Positions 38,365 to 52,200 of a stretch of DNA of 64,000 nt are shown here, piece by piece. The position numbers were made by a program, and so were the translations under genes. Every line of letters begins with the position of its first letter. Positions within the stretch are counted from its first letter, which is position 1. This DNA comes from Basidiobolus meristosporus CBS 931.73 (Eukaryota; Fungi; Basidiobolomycota), in contig MCFE01000444.1 of NCBI GenBank assembly GCA_002104905.1, positions 1 to 64,000 on the forward strand. The letters run 5' to 3'. Below the pieces are notes generated by a model. The model did no database searches and was not told where the DNA came from. It saw only the letters and a program-made list of their open reading frames with translations.

Positions 38365-40453
38365 TTTCCTGTTACTATATTCCAAAGATTTGCTTCCTCA
38401 AGGTGAATCAGCATCTTCATTCTCAAAAGTTTGAGGTTCTGCTCATCAAACCTTTCCATTAAAAGGAAGATGTTTGTATTGTTCTGTTTGTTGGTAGGTG
38501 TCACATTTAGAGTATATCAAGGCATTTGGGGCTCATATCTTATTGCAACTTAAGATGTGATTCAAATATAAGGAACTTATCAAGTGATAGTAATAATATT
38601 TGAACTGTGGTGTATTCATAAAGAAGCTAAATACTTATACCATTGTAGAAGTTATAAGCTGTAACACTAAGAAAGGAGAGCTTCTCAACACTCAGGAGCA
38701 TTCTGTAACAGTTTCAGGGTTAGTACATAATGCTTGGTGAAAGTATTAATTTGCTTTTGACTACAGCAGAGTAGACTTGCTCTGTTGGATAATGTCACAT
38801 TGAGCTGTGAGTGCCAAGTGATGCCATATTGTGCCTAGAAGGCCAAGTTGGTATATACTTGGCCACAGAGTGTCAAACATAGCTCTTCATCTTCATGCTA
38901 AGCAGCCCCTGTGGCCAACTTTATATGACCTATACAGGTCCCTATACTTAACAATAACACTGAGCTGAATCCAAACTGAGCAGGTAAATCCATCAAGATT
39001 CACCATTCAAAAATTATCTCTGCTTTCACACCCTCTGTCCACAACATTGGTGTGAGTTCTATAGCTTTATATCATTGTTTATTCACCAGTTCCCATACAT
39101 CTTGGTCCTCAGCCAGCACTGCAAAGTTGATCACTTCATTTGCCAGTTTTGGCAATAAATCCCTGCAATGTTCAAGTTCATTTTTGTGAGCACTGCTCCT
39201 GAAGAAGTGCTATAGCATGTTGGTGTGCCTACAGATGCTCCAAAATATCACTGTAGTCACTATGATAGTCTTTTGAGCTCTGGACATTGTTGCTTTGTCT
39301 GTTAGTAGGTTAGCCACTCTGTCTACAATGGAGGACATGGAGGCAATGATAGACATATTGCCTTTCTCTACATGCACATCTATTTCACTGCAGTATAGCT
39401 CAACTGGCTTTGCTTCAAACACTTGTGAAACCATTTATTGCCATGTTGGTGATTCTCCTTGGATATGATGAGATTCTGCCTATTCTGGGCTGATGACACT
39501 TGTTGGTGAGAGCTGCAGCTATTTACTCATGATTACCTGTCTCTGGCTTGTGTATACTGTTTTCCCTTTACCTGAGCTTTACCTTTGTTGCTACCAGGTC
39601 TTGAACTAAAACTTTGACCAATACTATTTGTATTGTATCACACTTACTCCTTGATAGACATTGCATGGGTACATCCATCTATGCCTACTTGTTCTTTACC
39701 AGCACTCTCCAAGCAACTTGACATTTCTTTAGCACTCTAGTGGAACTTTCAGCCCAGCTTGTAATGGGCTCCTAAGAAAGCTTCAGGCTTTTATTGCTAT
39801 CAGGTCTGTCACTTTTACCTTATCTGAGTTCCCCTTGCAATGAACTATGATATTCCTTGCCAAACACTGCACTGATGCTTCTACTTCTGCCTGTTTGTTG
39901 CTTGCCAGCACTCTTCTGGCCACATAAAATATCTTTGCTGCTTGTTTTTAAGGCTTTCAACCCTGCTTGTGACAAGCTGTTAAGGAAGCTGCTGATTTTT
40001 AGTCAGGGTGCCCTTGTTATTTGGCATTTAATGTATATAGCTATTCTTGAGATACTTTCCTAGCATACTAATGATTGCCCAAAACCTATTTGCTTGCTTG
40101 AGTCCAGAATAATGCTCATGGAATCCCTTAAAGTCTTGTTGTATAACATTTTTCAAGTGATGCCACACTAGACCTGTTACAGCCTTTTGAATATTAGCCC
40201 ACTGCTAGTCATTGCCATCAACAGCATCACAGATCTTGAATATCTATTGACTTTTAGGCTTGGGAATCATGATAACATTCACCTCTTCCCATGCAGTAAT
40301 ATGTTTTTCTGTGCTCATTATCTCTTGGGACTATGGTAGAGCTTCAAATACTATACAGCTTTCCTCTGCTGTTCCATTGACAAAATGCCCCATTCTTGGT
40401 AGTGACAATTGGCCACTAAAGTTCCTTATATGCAGACTATACAATGTGTTCTC

Positions 40454-40692
40454 TGTTGCAATATTGGACAATTTGGCATCTTTCAGCAGCTAAAATTTAC
40501 TTAGCAGTTCTGGACTAATCTTAGTCACTGTAGGACTAAATTACAGCCCTGGCTTTGCTACTGTCTTTCAGATCAATGATCCCATGATTATTTCTCCACA
40601 GTCAAGATCAAATAAGCAATAAACAACAGTTCAACTATTATTATTACTTCTTGATAGGTTCCTTGTATCTAAAACACTTCTTAAATGCAATA
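40454..40692 (+). mobile_element. Solo CopA LTR with internal deletion
   Basis: tgttgcaatattggac...cacttcttaaatgcaata, flanked by TSD TTCTC on both sides. Confidence 0.85.
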
Positions 40693-40724
40693 TTCTCAAC
40701 CTGAGATATTGATTGCTCTACAAA

Positions 40725-41050
40725 TGTTATAATCTACCACTTGAATATATAAGTCAGATCAGTTTTGGGTCAAATCAATGAGTTTTGTGCTTAGGCTATC
40801 AATGTATGAGGGTTTTCTACTAAATCAGTGGTATTTGTAAGTAGATGAATCAGCAGATCCTTATCAGACAGAAATAGATAGATTAAGCAAGATTTGTTGG
40901 TGATGATGATGCAATCAAATGAGTCATCAGCTACTACCTTTGTTAGGAAATACAATTTGGTAGCAATTGATCTGGCAAAATGCACAAAATGAACTGCTGG
41001 AAGCTGAATAAAAATCAGTTCAGGTTCTAGTAAACACAACACTAGCAAAG
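40725..41050 (+). mobile_element. Degenerate G1 gypsy LTR
   Basis: Starts tgttataatctaccacttgaat; gatgaatcagcagatccttatcagacagaaatagat is the reverse complement of the LTR at 16290-16325. Confidence 0.8.
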
Positions 41051-41649
41051 TTTCCAAGATATAAGGGCTACTTTGTAGGTATGTACAACCCTGCATTTGC
41101 CATGATGCTTCACAAGTTCCCACAGCACTCATACAAAGCCAGCAAATCCTGTAGGTTGAATTTTGTATGTTTCCATAAGGATACTAGAAATAAATGTCAT
41201 ATCAAGGTGCATATTTTTATCTGCATTGCAAACACTCAAGCAATCAGCAAGACAGCTGACTTTCCTAGGGACAATGGATGGTATTGCTGTCAGATGGGCA
41301 AGATTCAGGGGACTTACTTCTTAACTCACATACATAATTTGTATCTACACACCAATACTAAGTGCATCATTTTTATATAGAGAGAATGTACCCAACCCAG
41401 CATGCATTGGTCACAATGCTAGCAAGTAACAAGTCATTGGTCCATATATGCTGTTGATTAAAAACCAGCAATACTGGTGATAGAGGGAAAATGTGGGAGC
41501 AAAACCTGTCACTGGGAGCAATGCATTCATTCCTCAACAATACCCTTAAACTAATTGCCAAGTTGTCCATGAGGCATTTTAAGCTAAATGAGCCCTCTAA
41601 GAAACTGGAAAAATATAAAAGAATTGGTATGATTTTGCCAAGGATTTAC

Positions 41650-42465
41650 TATAGTGGGAATACAATGATATCCACTAAACAATGCACTCATCCCTATATT
41701 TTTTACCACTCCATGTTCTACCACCCTTATGATAGTTGTGTGCCACTTATTTTATTTGATCAGTAGTACTGCATAAGCCAGCTGGCTATCTCACCTGCCT
41801 ATTGCATAGCAATGGTTAACCTTTACTTCCTGTATGAATACTGGGCGTAAGTGCATCTATACTATGCAGGTGCTTGTGCTAGCACCTATGCAACTTGATC
41901 TGACCATGCTACCATCAATACCATTTTCACCCCTTTATGGTATCTATGTTTCAGAGGCTCCACAATACTGATCCCTGATTGGCTGGATGAGAAGCACCTC
42001 TAAGAATTTTCCAGGACCTACCTAGATCATTATATGCTCATTCAGATGCCATCAAGGTGACTAATGGTCTAATGACCCTTCTGTAGCACCTCAATTAGTG
42101 ATCAATTAGCCAATGAAGGACATATACAAAGGAAACACTTCCTCAACAATAAATAATCATACATTTTGTCAGTATATCATCTTATTAATTGGTTTAATTG
42201 GTGCTACCTTCAGCTCCATGCACTTCTAACTGCAGACTGCAGGACACTCCCAGGAAATCATGCACAGAGCCAACTGACCTTGGGGGCACTACTTGTGATG
42301 TATATTGCAGTTAGGTATCTTATACAAAATTTGATTCTTGCCCCAGTTTGTTTTTGTAATAGCAAGGATACTTCTCTGCCTGTAGAACTATTGACCACAG
42401 CTGAATTGTTATTAAGTCCCTGCTAGTGGAGTTTACAGTTATTCTGACTTGGGAAGCTGTAGTAC
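41650..42465 (+). mobile_element. Family E LTR, copy 2 (cut by the CopB insertion)
   Basis: Same start (tatagtggg...) and body as 19322-20130; ends abruptly at the CopB LTR at 42466. Confidence 0.65.
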
Positions 42466-43517
42466 TGTTGCAAGAGTCCTATAGATATTGTAAGTGATAG
42501 TGAGAACAACTAGATTATGTGGTTTCCACAAAATGATTTATTGAATATGATAGTAAATTTATACTCTTACATGATCTTGGCATAACAAACATGTAGAGTA
42601 GGCTTAGGAAGGTCCCAAGAACATGTGTGCAAAGTTTGGGGCTGTTTGAACAACTTTGAGAATTTTCATGTTCTTAGTAACTAATACTTTGGTGAAAGTA
42701 TTCTAAGTAAATTCCAATAAGGATTTTAGTCAGTATTTGCTGAGTTTTATAGGGAATGATCCAAGTGATCAAGTTAGGAGAATATTCAGGTGGAATTACA
42801 AATTTTTATCACACTCCCACTCAACCAAATGCTCTGCTGACTAGCTCTAATTTTGACCTAAGATATTCCATTTTGTCTCTAGCTAATGGTCTGGTAAATA
42901 TGTCTGCAACCATTTCATCTGTAGGACAGTATGCTAAGCTAACTAAGTTATTCTCTATATCTTCACCTATGAAATGATGTCTAATACCTATGTGCTTAGT
43001 ACTAGCATGAAAAACCTGATTTCTGCCTAATTATATATATCCTTAATTAGATCAAATAAAGCAATAGGAGTTTTTTGACACAAGCCTAAATCTTTAAAAA
43101 GCTTCCTATCCACATTGCTTCTTTTCTATCTTCACAGGCTGCCATATACTCTGCCTCTGTGATAGAAAGTGCTATGGTGTGGTTGCTTCCTTAAATTCTA
43201 TGAAATTGCTCCTTTACAGTCAAGGAAGGTTTATCCTGTGGTGATTCTTCTGTCTTCCAAGTCTTGTCCCCAATCCGCATAAGAGTATCCAGCAAGGGCC
43301 TATTCTAAGTCTGTATAAGTTTGACTTGGGCAGATATTAGCAGCTCCCTTTAGGTATCTAAAAATCAGCTAAACTGCTACCAAATGAATAGATACATAGT
43401 TCTGAGTATGCCGGCTGACAACTCCCACTGAATATGAGATATCAAGACATGTTCCAAGCATGATATGCTTCAGACTGCTGGCTATAGATTGATAAGGAAT
43501 TTCACAGCTTTTATATG

Positions 43518-43884
43518 CATTACAAGTCTAGGTATATGAGTTGTAGAGGATAGGGAGTTCAGCTAGAATTGTATTCACTAAAACTTGAACCGATTTTTAT
43601 TGAGGTTCCAGCAGCTCCTTATATACATTTTGCCAAATCAACTGCTGACTAATTGTATTTCTTAATATAGGTTGTGGCTGATGACTCATTTGATTGCATC
43701 ATCATCACCCAACAAGATCCTACTTGATGTATCTATTTCTGTCTGATAAGGATCTGCTGATTCATTTGCTGACTGATGCTACTGATTTGATAGATAATAC
43801 TAATATACTGATAGGCTAAACATATAGCTTATTGATTTGACTTAAAACTGATCTAACTCAAACATTCAAGCAGTGGTTCATAAC
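43518..43884 (-). mobile_element. Solo G1 gypsy LTR
   Basis: Full-length match to 16076-16442 and 26561-26929; TSD not clearly preserved. Confidence 0.88.
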
Positions 43885-43969
43885 CAATGACCCCAAGCTC
43901 TCTAGATTTGATCAAGTTTGACCAAGTTAAGGTTTGTCTTCATTGGGGTAGCTGCCATTTTACAGTCCA

Positions 43970-46900
43970 TGTTGAAATATTGGACTATATGGTATCATTC
44001 AGCAGCTAAAAATGTACTTAGCTATTCTAGACTACTCTTGGTCACTGTAAGACTGATTTGCAGCCCCAACTTTGCCAATTTCTTCACATTTATGATCCTA
44101 TGATTATTCCCCTATAGTGAAGATCAAATTAATTAAATTAATGCTGGTGTAGATGATGAAGAAAAGATGCTCTGTCTGTTTTGCAGCCTACCAGACAAGT
44201 ATGTGCCACTCATACCTTTTTTTGAAGCCAAGAGCACAATTTGACTTTAGACTATGTCCAAGGAAGACTTTGCCATGAAAAACTCAGATGTAATGATCAA
44301 GCAAAGAAAACTGAAGACAATGCTTTATTTAGCTCAGAGAGGAACACAGAAAGGAAGGGAAAGCAGCTAAACCAAATAAAACTGGTTGCTGTAACTACTG
44401 TAAGAAGCTAGGACATTGGTCAAGAGAATGCAAGAAATAAGCAAATAAAAAGCAGAAACTAGTGAAGGCAAACCATACACCAACTGATGAACAGTTATTT
44501 GTAACTTTACAAGGGAGTGCAAGTACCACAGTAATGAATGGTATATTGACTCCAGAGCATCACAGCATATTTGTAATTTAAAGGAGTGGTTCAGCAACTT
44601 AAAGACTATTCCCATCAAAGAGGTTTATCTGAGAGACAACTGTGCACTGAGAACTACCACCTGTGGGTCTATACTGCTAAATATGAGTGATATCTCAGGG
44701 GCTACAACAGCAAAACTGACTGACATAGCCTACATCACTGGACTAGCTAAGAGCCTGTTGTCAGTCAGTAAAGCAACTACTCAGGGACTGAAATTTGTTT
44801 TTACTATGCTGAACTGCTCAATATTGAGTGAAAATGGACAAATAATAGCTTTGGAAATCAGATATGACAATATATACAAGTTGCAATGCAAGAGCATTGT
44901 ACCTGAGTATGCTAACATTGCTGGAACTGATGAAACCTACTGGGAGACATGTCATAGGAGGCTGGGACACATTGGGGTAGAGAAAGAGTGCCAATTGGTG
45001 AAAAATAGCTTGTTTTAGGCCTAAATTACTCAATTACAATCAAATTAAGTGTCTGTAAGGGGTGTTCCTATGGCAAACAAGCTAGATGACATTTCAGGAG
45101 CTCAGATGGCATCAACACTGCCAAAATATTGGCTATTGTGCACTCAGACAAATGTGGGCCCATGAGAACACTGTGCTTTGGAGCCAATAGATACTTTATG
45201 ATGTGTATTGATGACAAGACTGGATGTACATGGGTATACTTCCTTAAAACAAAGGATGAGGCTTTAGATATGTTTAAACACTACAAAAACATGACAAAAA
45301 CACAAACAGGGTGTAAATTGAAGATACTGTAAAGTGACAATGGAGAGGAAAACTGCTCAAAGGAGTTTGCAAAATGCTGTGTATTGACTGGTATAATTTG
45401 GCAGACCACTGTTCCACCTACTCCACAGCAAAATGGAGTGGCAGAATGTGCAAACAGAGCAATAGTAGTGATGGGAAGATCTATGCTACATGATAAGGTA
45501 ATGTAGTATAAGTTTTGGGCTGATTCTGTTGTCACCATGGTATACACCAAGAATGATGCCAACAACAGCACTATATGATGATACGCCCTTTGAAGCATAT
45601 ACAGGCAAAAAACCAGACCTCCAACACCTCAGGATCTTTGGCAGGGATGTCTTTTATCACATCCCTGCCAAAAAATGCTCAAAACTGCAACCAAAGAGTA
45701 GAAAAGAAATCTTTCTTGGATATTGTGATGATACTAAAGGGTGCAGAGTGTATGATGGCAAAATTCAGAAGCTGATTTAGAGCAGGGACATTGTATTTGA
45801 GTAGAATTCTGATCAGAAAGCCACAGAAACTATTGACCAGCTGCCTGATGATGCAATCAACAGTAATAAAGAAGATGGTTACCAAATTCAGCCAGATAGA
45901 GAAGATAATTCTACTAGTTCCAGATCAGAGCAGATTATCCCGGTCAGTAGATCTATTAGAATAAGAAATGTCCCTGGATCCTGGTGGCAGACATTCAATG
46001 ATGATGAAGGAGCTTATCATGCCTTATGTGCCACACCTTAGAATCTGGAACAGGCAATGCAAAGTCCAGATGCTACTATGTTGCAACAAGTCATGCAGGA
46101 AGAGTACCAATCACTGAGCAAAGCAAAAATGTGTGAACTGGTAGATTTACCAATGGGGAGAAAGTCAATAGGTTGTAGATAGGTCTACAAGATCAAGATA
46201 ACCTCAAATGGTACCATTGATAAGTGCAAGGCTAGATTGTTGGCCAAAGGCTATTCCCAGACTCAGGAACTAGACTTTAAGGAAACAATTGCTCTGGTTG
46301 CCAAGTTTAACTCTATTAGGACAGTTCTAGCCCTGGCAGCTGTACACAGTCTAGATCTACACTAAATGGATATCAAATAGCTTTTCTAAATGAGGATTTG
46401 CAAGAAACTATGTATATGGAGCAACCAGAAGGTTTTACCAATCCAAAAGGTCCTCATAAGGTGTGCAGATGCAGGAAACTGTTATATGAGCTTAAGCAGG
46501 CACCTAAAACATGGTACAACAAGATTGACACATATCTAGAGGAGATTGGGTTTATTTGTACCACTGCAGTTCACAGTATATATGAGAAACCGCTCTAAAA
46601 GGGTGTGATAATCCTAGCTCTGTATGTTAACAACCTAATACTAGCTACAAGTGGCCAGGAGGCACGTAAACCCACAAAATCAGATCTCTTCAGCAAGTAT
46701 TAGATGAAGTATCCTGGAAAATTGAGCTATTTTCTTGTAATTGAAGTGAATTTTGACATACCTACACAGTAAATGGTGCTGAATCAGTCTAAGTACATCA
46801 GGGACACTCTTAAACACTTCAGAATGGAAAACTGCCGGTCAGCAGCTACCCTATGGACAATAATCTAAAATTGAGCAAATCTCAGCCTGTTTAGGTGAAA

Positions 46901-47710
46901 GCAGCCCAAATATGGACCAAAACTTTCCCTATCAATCAATGGTTAGTAGCCTAGTGTATTTGATGGTGTCTACACATCCTGATACTGCAGTGGCAGCTGT
47001 AATAGTCAGTCAATATATGCATAATTATGAATCAGATCAAATTGCAGCAGTCAGGTGCTTTTCAGATATCTACAAGGTACTACAAATATGGTACCAAAAT
47101 ACTCTGGAGCAGCTAACAGGCAGAAATTTGACAGTTAGAGCAATTTAGATTGGGGCAGAGATCTGATTGACAGATGCTCTACCACTGGGTATGTATTTCT
47201 TTATGCTGGTGCAGCTATTTCTTGGAATTGCAAAAAATAACCAACTGTGTCCCTATCTACAACAGAGGCTGAATATATGGCTTCTTGTCAAGAGACTAAG
47301 CAGGTTATATGGCTATGGGAATTATTCAAAAACTTAGACTTTAACTCAGATGAACCAACATGTGTTTACAAAGATAATCAAAGTTGTATTTCTTAAGCTA
47401 AGAATCCTACTAATCATGCCAGAACTAAGCACACAAATATACATCACCACTTTGTGAGGGAAGCTGTAGAAAATAACTTAGTAGACTTAGTTTATTGTCC
47501 AACTGACAAAATGGTGGCAAATATATTGACAAAACCACTAGCTAGACCTCAATTTGAGAAACTCAGAGAGGAATTAGGATTAAGAAATTATGTAGTTGAG
47601 CGGGAGTGTTGAAATATTGGACTATTTTGTCACATTCAGCAGCTAAAAATTTTCTTAACAATTCTAGACCAGTTTTGGTCACTGTAAGACATATTTGCAG
47701 CCCCAACTTC
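43970..47710 (+). mobile_element. Degenerate CopA copy retaining the full integrase region
   Basis: Partial 5' LTR is fused to mid-gag at ~44130. PR, HHCC region, VHSDKCGP...IDD, QNGVAE, RT and RNase H follow, then a PPT and a partial 3' LTR from 47607. Many stops. Confidence 0.88.
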
Positions 47711-49299
47711 ATTTTGTTATTGGTATTATGGTACAGTAATCTCTTGCATTATCTGATGAATTTTGCAGAAGTGGATGAAGAGTTTTGAGGTATATTCTCT
47801 ACCATTATCAGAGCATATCTTCTAGGTTTTTCACCAGTTTCTCTCTCCACCGTGGCTTTAAACTCCCTGAACTTATTAAATACTTCATCTCACTTAAGGA
47901 CAAGTTATGCATATGTCCACACATATCTGAGTTAATTGGATATAATTCATTTTTGGTATTGATTAATCTGGAGCTCTGGAATGATTGTCTGGCTTGCTTC
48001 CCATATATACAAGCTCCATAGGGCTCAAAATCAGCATGGGGATCAATTTACCATGAAAATCAGCAGACTATTGAACATTTGCCCAAAAGTCATAATTAAT
48101 CTGTGCAAATCTCCTGTGCCAAAGCATTGATGTTTTTTCATTTAAGTTACTAATATTGGCTTCCAGATATGACGGAATATACATCAACTGATAAAGATTC
48201 TGATCTCTAATATCCATGCAGTAAGACAACATTTTGATCAGTGATCCTGTATTTGGAATTGTGAAAGCTGAAGCTGAGTCCTTCTGTTGTGGCATTACTT
48301 GCAGATAGTAGGTTCTTGACAATTTCTGGCACATACAATACTTCTTTTGAGGTCAGTGTATGGCTTCCTTCACTGCTTCTAAGGTCTACTTGGATAGTTC
48401 CTTCTTTCACTACATCAAGTGTTCTGTTGTCACCCATTTACACCTTCTTGAATGGAATTTCTTGATATTGGGTAAAAAGTTCTTTTTGGTGTGTAGAGTT
48501 TTGAGATGCTCCAAAGTCAATATACCACATCTGAGAATCCTTGTTTGTGGGCATATTTAGTGTAGGTATGAATAGTCTATCTTTGGTTGTTGCAGTAATA
48601 CCATATATAGGCTTTTTCTGCTGACTATCTCTCATTTGAAGCAACGGTCTGATGTGTGTCCTTTCCTTTGGCAGTAATTGCAAATAGATTTCTATTGCCC
48701 ATAACAGGTACTGGGTATCTTCTTTGTGGATTATCATTGCTTATCAAAGCATTTTCTTTTTCCTGCTTATTGGTGCTTGATTTTCTTAATTCTTCATTCA
48801 GGAGCCTACATTATATGTAATATAAGGTCAAATCTTCATTTCTGGACTGCAGGGCTGATATAAAGGCCTGAAACTTGTCTTTCAGGCTATTCAGGATAGA
48901 TACTATTATACCCTCATCAGTAGTTGGTATGCCTTCAAATTCAATCTCATCCACTAGCAGGGTAATTGTTTTAAATAATTTTTACATTTCTTCTCCTAGC
49001 AGCATCCTTACGGTAAAGAATATTAGTCCAAGAAGTATTTTCTTGGCAGATGAACATGACTGGTAGATGTCTTCTGTTACCTTCCAGGCATTCTTTGCTG
49101 CTTTTGGTCTTGGGTATTGAGTTAGCAACTTGTCTCTGACACTAAGGCAAATGCAAATATATAGAGGTTAGTAGGCAGGTGGCTATAGTTTTTTTGTCAA
49201 ACTATAGATGAAATAATACAGAAGTAGTGGGTAGGTGAATAAATTAGGGTGTTCTTACAGTGGAATGTATGCATGGCTCAAATTAAGGTGGTACAACAA

Positions 49300-52200
49300 A
49301 ATAGCAGTTGGTAAATTGGTGCAAGAATTTGTTGGAAGACCTGGGTAGTTTGAATATTTTACTACACAAGCATCAAGAAACCTTACAAGAATAACCATTA
49401 CACCACTCCCAGAGTTAATAGCCACCTTTAAAGGTGCAATTCCAGTAAGATCCTCAGGAGGAAATATCACTGAGTTTCTACAAGAGTTTAGCAACATAGC
49501 TGCAGCGTTTGAGCTATCACACAAGAATACAACCCAGTTGTGTCCTTTTCACTGTGGAGTTGAGATATCAATATTCTTACAAAGTTTAGATCTATTCAAG
49601 ATATCTTTTGGTGCAAACTATAGCTGGGACACTGCTCAACAGGCTATTTCTGCTGAGTACCACAAGAAAGCACAGTTTGTGACAATAAATGAGCTAGAAA
49701 TGCCTTACAACAAGACCTAACCCTTTCAGAAGTACATTTGAAAGTTTGAGTTAAATGCAAGGTATGTTGAAGCAGCTATTGGAATTCCATGATTTTATCA
49801 AAGAAACCATTTTCTGATAAATATTCCTCAAGAGATGTTTAATGCTATTAGCCCCCAAGTTCAGGCGGCAAGCTTCTACCACAATGCTAAACAAATGATG
49901 TTAAACTAGCAATCAGGGAGACAATTCATGGCTCCTATTAACAATCAAATGAAGATTTTCACTCCAACTAAACAAATTCTTCATCATACAAATAACCTAC
50001 ATAGTGATCAGGTTGAATAATAAATAGTTGCATTAGGAAAACTGACACTCAAGTTGGACACTCAAGGTGTATCATTTCAAGCATCAACAAAGCAAGACCA
50101 GAAAGTCCCAAAACAACCAGTAACTATCCACAGCAAACCAAATATATTGTGTACTGTGAATCTGCTGAATGTAGCCTGTATGGTTGCCAAATATTAAGTA
50201 TTGATATTGACAGTCACAAAATTAAGATTGATTGCTACGGGAAGATGTGAGATACTGCTGGGAGCCCTTTACCTATCTAGAGATGGTATCTTAGACTGAT
50301 GTCCTATGTACCTGCTCAAGAAGAAACAAGCAGAAGCACCACAACATCAAATCTCATACAAATCCAAAAGACTGCAGAAATTTCAATCAACAAACATTAC
50401 ATACTCACAATATCAGTCCTGTCTGGGCAGGTCCAAGAATATCTAATAGAAAAAGAGGAAGTAGAGGAATTTATTATCCATTATTGACAAGAGAAAATAT
50501 GTTTCTACAGAGAGCAATTCTAAAAAAGGGCGTACCAACAAAAGAACTCAGCAGGTTGTTGAAATACTGGCACAGCCAGAAGTATCAAAAGTCCCAAAAG
50601 TGCACTTGCAATCTCAATCAAGGTATGACACTGCTGCAATTACACAGAAAGATATCAACAAATGCTGGAAATCTCCATTTCCACAACTTACAAATCAAGA
50701 AAAGGTCACCACTATCAGCAAATCTCAACCAGCTACTGCCTATAATGGTAAAACCCATGCGCAAAGATATCCACCTGCATTATCAAGAACAATCTTCTAC
50801 AACTTTATCAAGTGAGCAGCTATAATTTGGAGTTGAAAAGACATTTTACTCTATTACAACAGAATACTATACTGCTGCAATAATCAATACTGAGGTGGAA
50901 AATGTTTTTGATTCTGGATCAGGAATCAACACCATCACTGCTGTGATGTTTGAAAAAATCAAATAGCCATTGACAGAAGCTGACTGGAATACAAGAACTG
51001 ATATAGGTGCTGCAGATAAGATGCTTGGACTTTGTCACTCTTAGCTAATTAAATCTGGAGTAATCATGGTTACTTCTCCCTTTTTCATTGTTGCCAATGG
51101 ACCAACTTTTGAGGTATTGTTGGGACAACCATATGAGAGAGAATCTCTTCTACAAGCAGATAACAGACTTGACAGAAGCTTATGGCTTACAGTCACATCT
51201 GATAATCACAAAAGAAGGGCAACTTTTTGTGCAGCAGAAGAGATTATTCCCAGAAATGCACACTTAATTGCAGTACAAAATTTTCAAATTCATAGGAGAT
51301 TTTGTTTTATGATCAACACTTCATTCCATTGACAACCAGCAAGACAAACACCAAATATAGGCCAGTTGCACTGAAAACAAAGCCAGCATCTACTTGAATC
51401 TCACCATCTGCCCACAACAATCCCAAAATGGAGCCTAGGCACAAGTATGAAAAATCAGACTCACAGACAAGAAGCCCCTGGAGTTAGCTATAGAGACTAC
51501 TATTACAACTAGGAAGAAAAGTCTCTTTTTGACTATACCACAATGCTAAGACAATGTCTTTGCATTTAATGATGTGCTGTGGTGGTGTATAGGTCCAAGG
51601 GAGAGATATGCCCAACACTTCTCAAGTGTTTTGTTTGTGGGGTGTTCACAGGGTGCAATAACCTCTGGCAAAAGCTTGCTAAGAATACTTGGGTTCTGTC
51701 TCCAATCTAATGTGAAGGGGAATAAAGCCACAAGCTTGTCAAGGGAAGACTATTGAGCTACAATCCCCAACTTAGTTGGCATCTTAACAAAAGTATGTGC
51801 TAGGTTCCGCATCCTTTGAGGTGACAATGTACTAAAGCTACCAAAGTCAAAACAACTGTAAACTCCACCAGCAGGGACTTGATAAGAATGCAGCTGTGGT
51901 CAATAGTTACAAAGATGGAAAAGTATCTTTGCCTGTACAAGAACAAACTTGGGAAAGAATCAAATATAATAAAAGATACCTACTCTGAGTATTCCTCACA
52001 AGTAGTGCCTCCAAGGTTGGTTGGCTGTCAGCGCAGTTTCCTGGGAGTGTCCTGTGGTCTGGGGTTGGAAGTTCAGGTAGCAGCAGGTAGCAGTGATCAC
52101 ACTAATCAACAAGTTGGTATATTGATAAAAGGGATGATGATTTATTGTTGAGGCATAGCCTCCCTTATATACTTTTCTCACTGGCTAAGTGATTACTAAT

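Larger units (their letters stand above)
27921..38765 (-). mobile_element. Old CopA host element split by two nested insertions
   Basis: 3' LTR 27921-28289 with PPT; RNase H, RT, INT and PR remnants to 30780; gag 33665-34237 and 38365-38540; PBS; truncated 5' LTR 38541-~38765. The sequence is continuous across both TSD-bounded inserts. Confidence 0.88.
38770..41649. repeat. Unclassified repeat family D, copy 2 (inverted relative to copy 1)
   Basis: Reverse-complement match to ~20900-22800 and 17650-18150; interrupted by CopA and G1 LTRs. Confidence 0.7.
42466..49170 (-). mobile_element. Interrupted CopB element (3' LTR, RNase H, partial RT, integrase, PR, gag)
   Basis: 3' LTR 42466-42813 with PPT; RNase H 42814-43500; RT scrap 43885-43969; INT/PR/gag ~47760-49170. 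Interrupted by a G1 solo LTR and a CopA copy. Confidence 0.78.
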
